DNA of 64,000 nucleotides, from the NCBI GenBank assembly GCA_030141605.1, contig JAQGDQ010000120.1:434001-498000 (forward strand), written 5' to 3'. The DNA comes from Tubiluchus corallicola (Eukaryota > Animalia > Priapulida). Below, piece after piece: positions 1-12,834 of this stretch. The position numbers and the translations under genes were made by a program. The notes beneath the pieces were generated by a model. That model saw nothing but the letters and a program-made list of their open reading frames with translations, did not search any database and had not been told where the DNA came from. Numbering within the stretch: the stretch's first letter is position 1; the number at the start of each line of letters is the position of its first letter.

Positions 1-1034
1 TTAATATTATACTGGCAGTTTGAAATTCAGTTATGCATTTATTAGTCAGGAATAAATGAAATGAAATACTCCAAAATATAAATATTTTAGGTTCTATTGT
101 TCAGTGTAGAAAATTCAAACTAATTCTCTTTTATTACACGTTTTTTTTTGTGTATACGTTATTGTAACAACTGAAGGTTGCAGCTCAGTAAGAGCCAATA
201 TATTTGTTCTGTTTACACTTCCTTGAATCCTGATTGGTTCACAGCATCCTAATTGTGGTTGCCATGCCAACAAATTCTTAAATGTCAGGCAAATGCGGGT
301 AGCCTACTTCTGCGAATATCCCTTAGATTCCAGGAGATGCGACTTACAGACGTAAACAACGCTTATTCAGCAGTTAGTCAGCATGTTATGAGTCAGCCAA
401 TCCAGCTGGCTGGATGAAGCCAGTTTTACCACCTTGATTAGCAGCAACTTTTAGTTTTTGTTGCTGTAATGTCTCAGGAAACGAGAAGTAGAAGAAATTA
501 CGACGTGACTAAAATTAATTAAAAATTTTCTTTATTTATACAGTTTTAATTGCTTATGTTGAAGTAGAAGTCTATTATAATTTGAAATATTAAGTTTGTG
601 AATAATGTGAGATATTTCTCATTGCCTTTGCTTTTCTGTTTTGTCACATTCCTCTTACTGAGCAGACCGCAAAACATATCATGCAGGAATGCTAGTTAAT
701 TACTATGGTCATCGTTTTCAGTGCTGTAACATTCGTAGCACTGGCTGTTCCCTTGCCACTGATAATTCTGCTAAAAATCCTGTCTTTGTTTATAGTAAAC
801 ATTCATTTCGTGGATTTCATCTCAAATATCTAAAGTTTTTTATTTCATTTCAAGTATTTCAAAGTTTATAGTGTTTCAACCGTTGTTATGTGCAACACTG
901 AGAATTTTTTTACCTCTGAATTGTATGTACTGAAAAATTTGAATTATTTATCATTCTTAAGGCCCTAAGGGTACCATAGACTCACCTTTGCTTGACAACT
1001 GGCATATTTTAGTGTATATTAATTGTTATTTCAG

Positions 1035-1180
1035 GCAAATTGCATTGATTCAACTGCCGAACCTGAAGCGGTTTTTGCTGGTGAAGTGAAGAAATTGCAA
1101 GCAGAGAAGTTTAAACCACAGGAACAGTTAACATTGGAGCCTTATGAAAGAGACCATGCTGTGGTGGTGGGTGCATATAG
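1035..1180 (+). CDS. FBL: Fibrillarin (rRNA 2'-O-methyltransferase), penultimate coding exon; upstream exons lie outside the window
   Basis: Translates [48 protein letters not shown](R), the conserved fibrillarin C-terminal region. Flanked by acceptor ttatttcag| and donor |gtatgt. Confidence 0.97.
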
Positions 1181-1994
1181 GTATGTTAATTTTTCTTATG
1201 AAAAATCTTATAAAGTGCTTAATGTCTAACTATTTAATTAATTAGAATTAGGTGCAAAATTAAAATTTTATTCATTAATTATATGAAATATTCTAATGTA
1301 TTTAACTAATATACTTTTTTTATTAAAATACATCTCAAGTGTTTTATTTAAAATGTTTTTTAATTTTTAAAACAGTCAAGTTTTCTATATCATTGTCACT
1401 GTCTCACAAATATCAGAGTGTACTGTACAAAGAGCAATATAATGATTACTAAACAAGTATTGCAATGGAACATGTCTTGATAAAGTTTAATTTAATGCTA
1501 CAGTATAATATTTTTGAGAAAATGTATAATAAAAATGTGCAATTTGTTCCACAAGATTGTATCAGTTTGTATACTGCATCTTATTTTAATTAATTACTGT
1601 TGTTAACATTAAACTCAACTGTTCCTTTACACATACTAATTTTCTTTACTCTTAAAAAAGTTATCGAATAGGGATGTTATCGATATTTTTAAGTATTATC
1701 TCATTACTCATGCAGTGCAGTAAAGAGAGCTCTGAACAACTTACCTTTGAAATTTCTCTCTATTGACTGCCACTTCCTGTACGAATTCCTATACTGTGTG
1801 ATGAGAATATTAATGATACCCAAAGTTTATAATGTCATGTGGTAAAATTTGACTCCTACATAACAAGCTGTTCTTTGTTGTATTTTCTTGCAGTCAAGAC
1901 TCCCGTATGCAATACTGTCGAACGTTCAAGAAAAAATATTAATGTAATTCAAGTATGCATGTGTATGCTAACAAATTTTTTTTATATATTACAG

Positions 1995-2016
1995 GCCACC
2001 ACCAAAGAAGAAATAG
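1995..2016 (+). CDS. FBL: Fibrillarin terminal coding exon, (R)PPPKKK*
   Basis: Acceptor tatattacag|G completes the split Arg codon (AG|G), followed by CCA CCA CCA AAG AAG AAA TAG. Matches the vertebrate FBL end YRPPPK. Confidence 0.93.
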
Positions 2017-2185
2017 TTACATAGGGAGACACATTAATATGAAGACAGTATTGAACTTCAGCAATTTCCAGTCATTCTTTCGTTTTCTTCACATTTACCG
2101 ATTATGTACGAGGGTCAGCCATTTGCAGGTCACCTATAATGATGTTCCAGCAATTTTTCATTAGCTGTTGAAAACCCTGTTTTGT

Positions 2186-2191
2186 AATAAA
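2186..2191 (+). terminator. Polyadenylation signal of fibrillarin
   Basis: AATAAA ~170 nt after the stop codon, followed by T- and GT-rich sequence. Confidence 0.7.
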
Positions 2192-2676
2192 GTAATTTTA
2201 TTTTAACTTATGCTGTTTTGCATTTTTAAGCAGTTGCTGTAATCAAAGTTTGCAGGTTGTTTTGCTCTGACTTCTTGATTTTTGTAAGGAATTAAACTTT
2301 CTGGCTAAATTTGAACAGTATTGTGCAATTCTCATTGTCGGATGCAAAGAACTTTAGTAAAGTGCGCGTGAAATGCAGCGCAAGGAAAAAATTAATTTCA
2401 AAGTGAAAGCGTGTAATGATCATCTGAACTAAGTTATTAAAGGTGTAGGTGGCCTAAGAAAGTCCTGGACAGGCCCTCGTCTTCTTTGTAACACTAAAAG
2501 TGTATCATATTTTAATTATCACCTCTTATTGTCAAAGGTCACACTTTGTAGAGGAAAGTTAAACATATGATATGGAGCTTCCTCAGTTGGTTAGTTGTAG
2601 TTGTGATTTAATGATTAACTGACTTGCAGCTCTAGAATTCAGCACCATGTGGAATGCTGCTTAACAGTGATGTTAA

Positions 2677-3462
2677 TAATGATGGGCCAAGCTGATCAGT
2701 AATGAGTGATCGATGAATGAAGTGGTGTTCGTTTGTGATCAGTGAACAAATTCTGTTCGGCTTGTCATTAATTATTATTCAGGTTGCTAAATTATTGAGC
2801 TGATCATGCCATAAAAATTGAGTAGCTTATAAGATTAAATGTAAAAATAACATATTTAAAACTTACAGCAAACGTTTTGAATTTAAATGTTTAGAGTTAC
2901 TGTTATCTTCAAATTATTATTTAGTTCGTTCAATTATGTGTTTGTTATGTGTTTTGTTCAAATACCTTCACGATAAGATTCCACGCTCAAAAAGTACCTG
3001 CCAAGCAGATGCAGCAGGTTAAGCATTTTAAATGTTATGTTTCTTTGCATGGCTTATTTAACTTTCTGTATCTTAGCTTAAAACTTTATGGATTTATGAA
3101 TCTATTTCTTCTATTTCTTTGTTCATGGAGACAAAAATTGTTGCCTGCTAGAACCATTAATTTATGTAGCTCAGAGTGGCTTAAAAATTCGTCTAATACA
3201 CTTGGTTTTTATTTTGCGTTATTGATAAAATTAGAAAGTTCTCAAAATCAAATGAATGGTTACTAATAAATGAAGTTTCATCATTGAAATTTTATGGGTA
3301 ATAGCTTTTGATATGTAAAATAACTGATAAGACCACACAATTTAAAAATAAATTTTATGACAGCGATATTTACATTTTATCCAACTGATTTATTGGTAAA
3401 CAGCAAAGTTGATCGGCTCATGATTGGTTCTTTACTCAAAAATACTGATCGGCCCATCATTA
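2677..3462. mobile_element. Degenerate hAT-like MITE
   Basis: 12-bp inverted termini taatgatgggcc (2677-2688) / ggcccatcatta (3451-3462), with repeated subterminal (t)gatc(a/g)g motifs at both ends. No intact TSD. Confidence 0.45.
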
Positions 3463-3780
3463 CTGTACTTAACAAGTTCCCGCTAAGGCTCGTCTTCATT
3501 TATCTTGAGTTATGAAACTTAATTCCATTCCATTAAAATGAAGAATTGTCCTTACCTTGAAAAACCAGCTTGAACTATTTAGATTTAAGTAGTTGATTTT
3601 AGGTCACTCATTGTATAGATGGAATATTACTTTGTTCACTAAACTCAGTATGGACATGTAATGCACGAAAGGTTTGTAATAAATGTTTTACTTTTACTCG
3701 ATATATTATTATGTTATTTTTCACTGACACCTGTTGCAAAATTAATTTTTTTTTCTACATTCCTCAATTCAGTTTCACAT

Positions 3781-3825
3781 CTCTCTCCCCCTCTCTCTCT
3801 CTCTCCCTTTCTCTTTCCCTCTCTC
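3781..3825. repeat. Imperfect (CT)n pyrimidine tract
   Basis: ctctctcccctctctctctctctccctttctctttccctctctc. Confidence 0.75.
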
Positions 3826-5667
3826 GTTCTAGTCCATGCCTATTAAAGCCTATGATATTCTAAGCGTCCAGCGTCTGGAAGCGAGAATAAACGTATTACT
3901 GTAAATGAGTGATGAAACTAAATATTTTGGCAGTACACGCTGGCAGCTGTCCATTTTTTAGCGTGTGGCGTCCAGCGTCTGTTCCTCAACCAGCCAATGA
4001 TGAGTGGGCCTGCGATTTAATACACGAATAAATAAAAAGAAAGCGTTGAGAAATAAATTTGATACTGTCCATTTTGTTTTTCGCCAGCCGCTTTGTTGTA
4101 AACTTGGTAGAACCCACTGAACGCTAGAAGCCGGCAGCCAGACGCAGGGTGCTTTCATCTGCCATGTGAAATTCATTATTAAATTATTGAAAGTTGTATA
4201 GATCTGCATGTAATTCAACGCAGGATTAATTGTGCCATTGTTGACGTCATCTGCTCAACGAGTTTTTCCCACTGGAATTATCGGACTTATCTCGAACGGA
4301 AATAAATTTTTGAAAAAAACGAATGTCTGGTGGCAATCCTTCAGGGCATGAAAATCAAAACGATATAGAAAACTTCGATGCGTGTGGCGTGAATCACGAG
4401 ATCTAACCTGGACAGGTACATCCGTGCGTACATGCCTTTTGCTCCATTAGTAATAGATGTATGTGCCTAACTTACAGTGGACCACGTCTAGTTCAGGGCT
4501 ATTGAGTAACAGTTTGTTTCTTTGGTCGCCTAATTGACAAGTTTTTATAAATAAAGAAAAATGTCGAAAAAGTAAATTGCATAATTTATTAGGTTATTAA
4601 TTTTCAATTTTGTATACGTAGCAGTAAAGCCCCGCGGAGACAGAACTAAAAGTTGCAAAATCTGTAAATAACTAAAGTCTAGTAGAGCGCGAAGACGTAT
4701 CCAAGAAATGTGCAATTAAGAGTTTCAATCTCTGTTTTGTAATCTACTGTTTTCAATAAGAGCGCGCAGGCATGCAATTTTTAATTGCGGAAAAATTTTA
4801 ATTTATCAGAACAACCGTTAAGTGTAAGAAGAGGCACTAATAAACATAACAAAGTTAAAAGAAAAATAAATTAATAAAAATAAATCATTCTTACTGTCTT
4901 TGCTACCATTTTTGAAGAAATTCAGTGACACTCAGAAATTGGAGATCAAAATGTGCAGTTATGAAAATGAACAGCCCATTGCGAACACACCTGCTCATGA
5001 GAAGGTAGATGTTTAGAATTACGTTGTTAAGCACCTTGCTTACACATGGTAGTACAATTAGGTCAGCAATAAGAGTCATTTTTTGGGCTAATGTTCGTTC
5101 TCCGTTTGATTTGAAAATGTTGCCCATGGAGGTATGGACCAGAGCAGGTATCGGTTCCATCACGGTGGGACAAATTATAATTGAATTTTTTTATTTCTTA
5201 TCGATTTCTTGGTTATGTTTTGGTATAATGAACCTTGCCAATATATTATTGGACCTCGCCAAATTAAGTACCTCCTTTGTGGGGACCTTATGTAAAGGAG
5301 ACAAGGAGTGTCTCCTAATATTTGATTATTAGCGTCTCCTAATATGTGATTATTCATCGCATAAAGTGGAAAAATTTAAGCTGCTATCATGAAATAAAGC
5401 TGTTTTAAAAGTCGAATGTTAACGTATTTTTACGATTGGAGCGAGGGTGCATTTTATCAATAATGGACCATAATGAAAGAAAAATGCAGTAATAATTTTG
5501 ATAATCGCTATCTATCGTGGCTTTATTGTAAATAAGTTAGGTAATGTTGGATGCGTAGTGAAATTAAGCAATGTTTCATTTGAACATCTCAATATGTTTA
5601 AGCAGTATAAAAGGTATCATGGTTTTTTGATTGTGGCTTCACAAAATGCCTCATGGCTAGCTGGGCA

Positions 5668-5867
5668 CAAGGCCTGCTCTAAGTAATATACTGACGCCCT
5701 AGGCAAAAGTATTTTAGCTGCTCCTCGTCAACAGTTAACCCCTTCCAGTTCTCAACACGCTCCCAATAATGAACATTTTTTTCAGAGTACTTCAGAATTT
5801 GCCTCCCCAACCCAAAACATGGAGCCCAGGCAACTGCCTAGTTTGGCTAGTGGTAGAACCAGAATAT
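5668..5867. mobile_element. Degenerate hAT-type MITE (CAGGGCCGG-terminus family)
   Basis: Left end caaggcctgctcta, internal gccctaggcaa motif, right end ggcaactgcctagtttggctagtggtagaacc. Same architecture as the copy at 12501-12834. Confidence 0.5.
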
Positions 5868-6139
5868 TACTAGACATTTTGTCTTTTTTGTATACCTTGT
5901 CGTTTATATTTTTAACACATTTTATGCATGTGTAGGGCCATTAGATCACATTTTTACAGGTATAATGCGCTTTATAAATTAGTAATAAATAATGATAATA
6001 ATTAAAACTATGAAAAACTGTTAGTTTTTGCACCTAGCATAGCAATAATTATGTATTTAGGTGTTACGGACGATTGTGGCAAAATTGAAACGTACATGTA
6101 GCTGCTCGGCAGAGTGTAAGTACGCATCTGGAGCCCCTC

Positions 6140-6245
6140 CTTCCCACGTGTTTGCTGACTTTAGTCTTATGGTACAGCGCACCTAGTGGAAATCCCGTGA
6201 TTCAAATTCGCGCGCCATTTTTGTTTAGTGCCGCCATATTTGATG
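6140..6245 (+). promoter_or_regulatory. Probable core promoter / TSS region of the DYRK1 gene
   Basis: CpG-rich patch with E-box CACGTG (6145-6150), CTCF-like cagcgcacctagtgg (6175-6189) and two YY1-type motifs, gcgccatttt (6212-6221) and ccgccatatt (6231-6240). Lies ~120 nt upstream of a consensus donor. Confidence 0.55.
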
Positions 6246-6359
6246 CTGCGTATTGTTGTTGTTGTCTATTTTAGTTAAAATCAAAAGTTTTCAATGTTAT
6301 TAATGAGGAAAAATGTCAATGTAAGATTACATTGTATTTGGATATACATAGAACAGTTG
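6220..6359 (+). other. Candidate first (probably 5' UTR) exon of DYRK1; start approximate
   Basis: Ends at a perfect donor TTG|gtaagt (6360-6365) just downstream of the promoter-like patch. Confidence 0.45.
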
Positions 6360-9300
6360 GTAAGTTACGAACTTAGAAAACGTTAAACGATTCGTTTGTT
6401 TAAGTAATTTTGTCGTTATCTGGTGATGATGATTGTCATCAAAAACGCGTGTTGATGTTTTGCGCTTCACTTATACGCCTTATGTTTGTTAGTAATAATG
6501 GTGATATTTGTTCTTGAGCGTTTGCACAAAACTGAGACGTTCAGTTATTACCTTTGATTTGTAATTTTAAAAATTATAATAATTACTAAAACATTAAGCT
6601 ATTGCTATAGTATAGATTAAACTAAAGCTATAGTATCTAGTTAATTATTAAGTGTTTAATTTAATAATTATAACACCTTACATTAGCGCAAAGTAGTTCA
6701 TTTCTTGAATAAAAAATCTTACAGATATTCTAGTTGAATGTCGTTGAACAGTTTGAAAATTCAACCAATTTTGCTTGGTAAATTTGAAGTAGGCCTATAA
6801 ATATAATATTTTTAGAGGTATGTAGGCGTTCTATTGGTAATATGCTTGTTCTGTACGTTTAAGTTTCCTAAATAATGTGAATTATTCAGAGGCAATTATA
6901 TTTATTTATACATCATTCCTCTTCTATTCCCATTCGAGTTATTTTTAATTACCAATTTGTGTGTTTAATTTTGGCTTTTGTTAGATGGATGTTTCAGGCA
7001 TTTAGTTTTAAGAATCATTTAAAGTAGGTAACCGAACTATGATTAATTTTTGTTATACTTCTGTGTCTAACAGATGTACATTTAGTTATAAACCTGGAAT
7101 TGTTGAGCGTGTTGGAATTGTTTTGTCACTACTTGAATAGGTGTGTATGTACAATGTAGCACTGTTGTACATCATATAGTTGACAGCATTTACTGGGATA
7201 TTATTATGAATAGTTTAATTCATTTCTTAGAATAATAAAATTAATTTCTTATTTCAAAAATAACAATGGAAATTTTTTTAATATATAATACTTATGTCAC
7301 TGACTTCATATTTTGGGTTTTACAAGTAATGGGCTTTTTATAATATAATTGCTGTATATGAGTCGGTCAAGATATCATAATAGTGATTTGTAAAACCATT
7401 TATGTAAAATATATTAAATAACTGAATTGGAAAATTGTCTAGGGTGGCCTAAAATAGTACATTATCAGTACCAGTTGAAGAATCATATTGCCTTTGATTT
7501 TCTTCATAGATCTGCAGAACTCTAATTTTCTTTAACCAAGACATAATTCCCATCAAAGTTTTTGCCCTCTGCAGAGGGCATGAAGTTTTGAACCCATGCA
7601 ATGTGTTTTTGGATCATCAATTGCCATGTGTGGTGTTTTGTGCTTGAGGCTAGGAACTATTCACATTTTTTTCAAGTTACTTGATGATAATTTTTTTTAT
7701 TAGTTAACGGAATGAATAATTTTCTCTTTTTCATAAATCTTTTTGCAAGCACTAGGACGGTTGAATAGGTACACCACAGTTAGATCTACCTCTGGATGAG
7801 TGAGAGACTAGTATTGTTTAGCCTGGGTGTGTTACAGAGCAGGGTTGATTTGGCAGAATTATATTATATGGTCGGTGTCGGTCGCTGCTTGTATTTGTAA
7901 CTTTTAACTATGTCGCGAAGACCTGATAGTAGTAGTCTAGTATTTCTATTTTTAGCAAACTTGCAGTGTGTGTTGTATGTTAATTTCTCTTTCAAAATTC
8001 GTTTTGAACTGCAGAATTCAAATTCACTAGTCTTGTTTTGTTTTTTACTGTCCTCATAATTATTGTATTTTAATATTTTTCTGATGTTTTACTGTTAAAT
8101 GGCCACAAAGTGTTAATGTATCATAGTGGGACATGAGACAGCAACAGATGGCATTCTGAAATTTTATGGCTATGTAAATACTAGATTATGAGTTTAAATT
8201 GTATGTTCCATTTGTTTAAAGCAAATTATTTGCTTTTTTGTCTTAGTTTAATGAAATTAAGCATGAGATTAACTATGCCATTTAAACGATGATGACTGTA
8301 ACTTATATGACTCATTTAAAGCAAAATTTATATATATTGTAATGTTGTGAGTACTAATGTTTAAATTAATGTACACATTTTAATGTTTAAATTATGTACA
8401 CATATGTTTACAGCTCTTATGTACAATCACATACTGTTTTCATTTATATTTAACTTGCCATGTCATATGGAAAATGCATATTTTTATTTATTCTATTTTT
8501 TATTTTACTTCACTGAATAAGTACTATAAAATATTTACATGGATACGTAAATGATAATAAAGTGATAAAAAACAAATTTCACACGTGAGGCTCAAATGGA
8601 ACTGTATTCAATTAATAAAATAATCTAGGTTGCAAAATCTGTAATTAAAACACTATGTTAATAGTCAAAGGTAGAAGAAATTAAAACTGTTTTCACAGTG
8701 TCTGTAATTATGACCATGTACAAATTCCAGAAAAAAAGAGTTTCTTTGTAATGGTTTTCAGAGCTTTTTTATAGTACAGTACTATAAAAAGATTGTTCTG
8801 TAAATGATTTGTTTTACACTCAATGCTTTATTTTTAAAGCAATTTATATAATGTTCAACAAATCTTCTTATTTAACTTTTTATCAAAGTTCAATTTTACC
8901 TGAAAATATTACACCAGAATTCAGTGCATTGGGGAAAATTTGGCACAGTAACACTAGGTTTCGCATTGCTTTTTATTGACATATCCAATCGTTTATTGAT
9001 TCTATGTTATTAATTCATTACTTGAGCAGGAAATTCCCCGTTTTGTAGCTTTCTATTGTGTAAATGCACCTGTTGGCTCAGGTTTGTGTGCCAGGTCTGG
9101 GGCTAAATAAGGAAAATTGCAGGGAACAGGTGTTTACAGGTGACATATTTATCAAATTCAGCTGGGGCGGGTACCAGTATCACGCGGTACTTTGGGTCGC
9201 GCTTCGTGTCTTCACTATCACTCTCTTAAGCATAGGTCATTTTTTACCAGGTAGAGCCGCTAAGCGCATTTATATATCAGCAAAAATACCGCGCTAGATA

Positions 9301-9506
9301 CTTATCAGTGAATTGCAAATGTATATTATGTGACCTTATTTTTCCAGTAAGTCAGTGATTGACATATTTTAACACGTAAATGCAGGGTCTAGCAGCGTGA
9401 CGTCAATAATTATTGTACAGTATTTTCAACAGATTGTTTTCGGCTGCTTTGCGTGGGCGTCGTAATGCGGAAAGATGACTTAACACCTCAGTTATTTATT
9501 ACAGCC

Positions 9507-9633
9507 ATGCGCACTCTGCTGACGGGAAGCGCGTCAGTGATCAGAACAGCCATGCTGTCTGGCTGGCAACAGCTGCTCAACAAAGCCTTTGTTGCGTCTC
9601 CCACTCTGCATTCCAATGAATGGGCCAATGCAG
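9507..9633 (+). CDS. Candidate N-terminal coding exon of DYRK1 (MRTLLTGSASVIRTAMLSGWQQLLNKAFVASPTLHSNEWANA-G)
   Basis: Acceptor ttatttattacag| at 9504, gccATG at 9507, 127 nt open to donor GCAG|gtactt. The phase-1 end matches the phase-1 start of the 43258 exon. GC-rich relative to flanks, but no homology support. Confidence 0.45.
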
Positions 9634-11342
9634 GTACTTTAGAAGGAAATGTGTTGGGGAAAGGAATGCCAAAACCTTAAAAATTTGTTAGAACGGTAAT
9701 TTTTCACCGTTTGTTGCAATTCTAATTTAAGAAATTTCGCGTGTTACTGTGACAGGTTTCGCGCTTTAATATTGTTCTGCACATTAAATTAATATTGTTA
9801 ACGCGCTTGGCGCTTGTTTGACAGAATTAGTAATTCTTGAAACAGTTGAGGAAATTAGACAGTAGACAGTAAAATTGCGTATATTTTATGCTAAATGTAA
9901 CAATATATTTTATATCATACATAGCACCAATTTTCTGCAATTTTCTTCCAGTTTTCAATTGTTCATGCATTAGACATCTTTTTTTAAAGATATTGTCTAG
10001 AATCTAGAATTCTAGACACTAGCTATTGAAGACAGTCAGTACTTATTTTATCTTCTATAAACAAAACGTTTTTATATAGTTTAAAGTGGCTATTTATACC
10101 CAGGTGAGATATTTAAGCGTTTTCTTAGTTTACACACTCACAGTTTGGTTGCATCTCATTTATATCTAGGCTAAGAATTTATTACAGTGATGTAGTCACG
10201 TGGTGCTTGCCAAAAATTTTAGTGTCCCCCGACCCCTCGTTCACACTCCAGCGAGTCCTCACACAACTTTCAGTACATTGAACTTAAAAATTCCAGTTCC
10301 AGAACATTTATTCACTGGCAAGATTTGTGCAGCGAAACAGGTCTGTAGATTTAATTCTGACTGTCAGATCATGCTAATAATTATGCTGTCTGCTCTGTTT
10401 GTTGTGTCTGCGGCGCTATAGATAGCTTTGCCTTGACGTAGTGGGCGGACTGAACAGTAGTGCCGAAGGTGTACTTAGTAAATACACTAAATTGCCACCT
10501 ACAGTATTTTTTAAAACTTGAGATTTCTTGTGCCAGTGTTTATAGTTGTCAGACCATGTTAGGGGGGACTTAACGGAAGAATTGGCATGAATTAGATGTT
10601 ATCGCGTTTCATTGGTTTTTATAACAGCTGGGTCACTGCATACGTCTGGTTCCCAACAAACCTAATTTGTTCGGACGGTTCCAGATATTCTGTGCACCAC
10701 ACTTAGATTAACTTACGTGTTACATATTTTTCAAGATAATTTCCGCAAGTCCCATAATTACTTAACCTAGGTCCTAGGATTTCAACACTAGCAAATTAAT
10801 GTACGGCTGTGCGCAGCTATCAGCAATTAGAGGTCTCCTTTTTTGTCAAAATTGTTTGGGTTATTGTACTAGCGTTTGTAAAAAGTATTTTGATTGTTGG
10901 CGATAAAAAGTGTACAATAGTAAAAGCTCACAAACTGTAAGAAATTGGTGCTGTCAAAGACACTTAATCAGAGATTTTTGACTGAATGCAGTCATCAGAT
11001 GAGTTGTAAGATGGTTTTTCGACTTGTAATTTTTAAATTATGACTGCAGTCAGCTTTTACAGTAGTGTTCAGTATTCACCTGTGAAGCTGAAAAATCTAC
11101 AACTTGTTTTCTGGACTAGAGTTATATATATAATTTCTGTGTGCCCTAAGAACTTGTTTGGTTCAGCTAAGTCCAATGCAGACAAAACTACTAATACTAC
11201 TCTGTTATTTATCGCCACAGTGTGTCATTAAAAGTCCAAATATGAATTGATGCCATACATAAGAGCTACATTTTTTGAAATTCTGAGTTTGCAATATTTT
11301 TGAAGTTATTTCCTCTTTAGAAAGCTCTAGCATTGATAGTAA

Positions 11343-11481
11343 TTTATGTGGGTGTTCATATATAGTTTACTGTGAACACCCACATAAAGTAACTGATCTT
11401 ATTTTAGTTGTACATAAGAATTAACTACTTTAACTCTTCATGTATAGTTTACTGTGAACACTCACATAAAGTTGCTGATCT
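11343..11481. repeat. Inverted repeat plus 45-bp direct duplication
   Basis: tttatgtgggtgttca / tgaacacccacataaa hairpin (11343-11388). Segment 11355-11399 is repeated at 11437-11481. Confidence 0.8.
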
Positions 11482-12500
11482 ATTGACATATTCAACATTT
11501 TCTACAGCCATGTAATTTAGCGAAAATTACAACATATATAAAACAGTTTGTCCAGTGACAAGCAAGATGCATAATTACATGAAATATAATTTTAGCACGA
11601 TATTAATTACAATCGTGAATATTTGCAGAAGTTGAGAATTAATTAAAGATTATCATTTTCGCAAAATTTGTCAAGTTTATACAGATGTTTGGCTTTATTT
11701 GTAGTGAGTTGTGTCATAAAAGAATTAATATCTTGATCATAGTCATTATATTTAGTTTTGGGACATTCTAACACCGCATGAGTTATACCTATAACGTGTC
11801 ATACAGGTGTTAATTGTTCATAGGCAAAGTTTTAAATATTGCCACACAGTTAAATGGCATCATGAGACTAACATTTTGCCTGGCAGACTTTTGCTAGTTT
11901 GAATGATTTGAAATTGTGATTGCATGTATGTGCTGTGCGCGCTATATTGATGATTATAGGGGAAACTACATGTGTCGTCTGCTCAGCAGTGTGCTGCCGA
12001 AGAGTTTAAAATAGAATCAAAATCAATAATTCTTGTCTGCATTTTTCATACAACCAGCTGTGAAGCAGGCAAGTCAGGCATGTTTAGTGTGCCATCCCGT
12101 CCGTTTGGTGCTCTCATTCATAAAACTGTTTGAGCAGCTCAAACCTCCATCATGGACATCCATCGTGCATGTAGAGACGTTTTTCCTTCATACATGACAT
12201 TGTATACTAGCCTAGTAGTTAATGAAGCAGTTGCACTTGGAAATACGTGAAACAAATGAGTTTAATGCATGTAAAAGCGTGTATTACAACGCACAAGTGA
12301 TTAATTGTTTAACTCAAATAATCACATTTGTGACTGTCATTATCAGCGTAGGTTTTATGACGATCAAGAATATGCAGTCAGTGGATATTAGCTTAGTAGT
12401 AACATAAAATTTAAATTTATCGAGGGCTGCATAATATTATGTTCCTTAACTTAAGCCTAACACTGTGTTTAAGCAGTTCAACAGACCATCGTCTGTTTTT

Positions 12501-12834
12501 GAGTGCACAGATTAAGACCTTTTAGGACCCCTGGGCTAATGAAATTATGTCCCCCCCCGCCAGACGGAGCCACTCTCTAACTCGACCACTCCCGTCTTGA
12601 ATATTTTTACTGGTGATATATATTAGCGACATTTACATAGCTTGAAGTAAACTTTTGCAAATTCTTAAAATAAACTAGGATAGTTAACATTCTTTTATTT
12701 GTCACTTATTTTGACACAACCATAGTGAAGAACAGATTTATTACCAACTGTTACGAAATCTCTAGTATAGGCCTTTCAAGCTTGATAGGCCCTAGGCTGC
12801 AGCCTATACTAGCCTATAGGTTAGTCCGGCCCTG
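12501..12834. mobile_element. hAT-type MITE (CAGGGCCGG-terminus family), left end decayed
   Basis: Right end ggccctaggctgcagcctatactagcctataggttagtccggccctg; left end gcacagattaagaccttttaggacccctgggc. Confidence 0.55.

Noticed and set aside
174-452. Possible MITE with aggttgcagct / agcagcaactt termini
   Set aside because: The inverted match is short and imperfect, with no TSD.
1760-1900. snoRNA in the last fibrillarin intron (GTGATGA at 1798; ttgactgc/gcagtcaa inverted repeat)
   Set aside because: No downstream D box; the H/ACA fold is unconvincing.
3845-4150. Possible Harbinger-like MITE (repeated gcgtccagcgtc motifs, partial inverted match)
   Set aside because: Termini could not be delimited with confidence.
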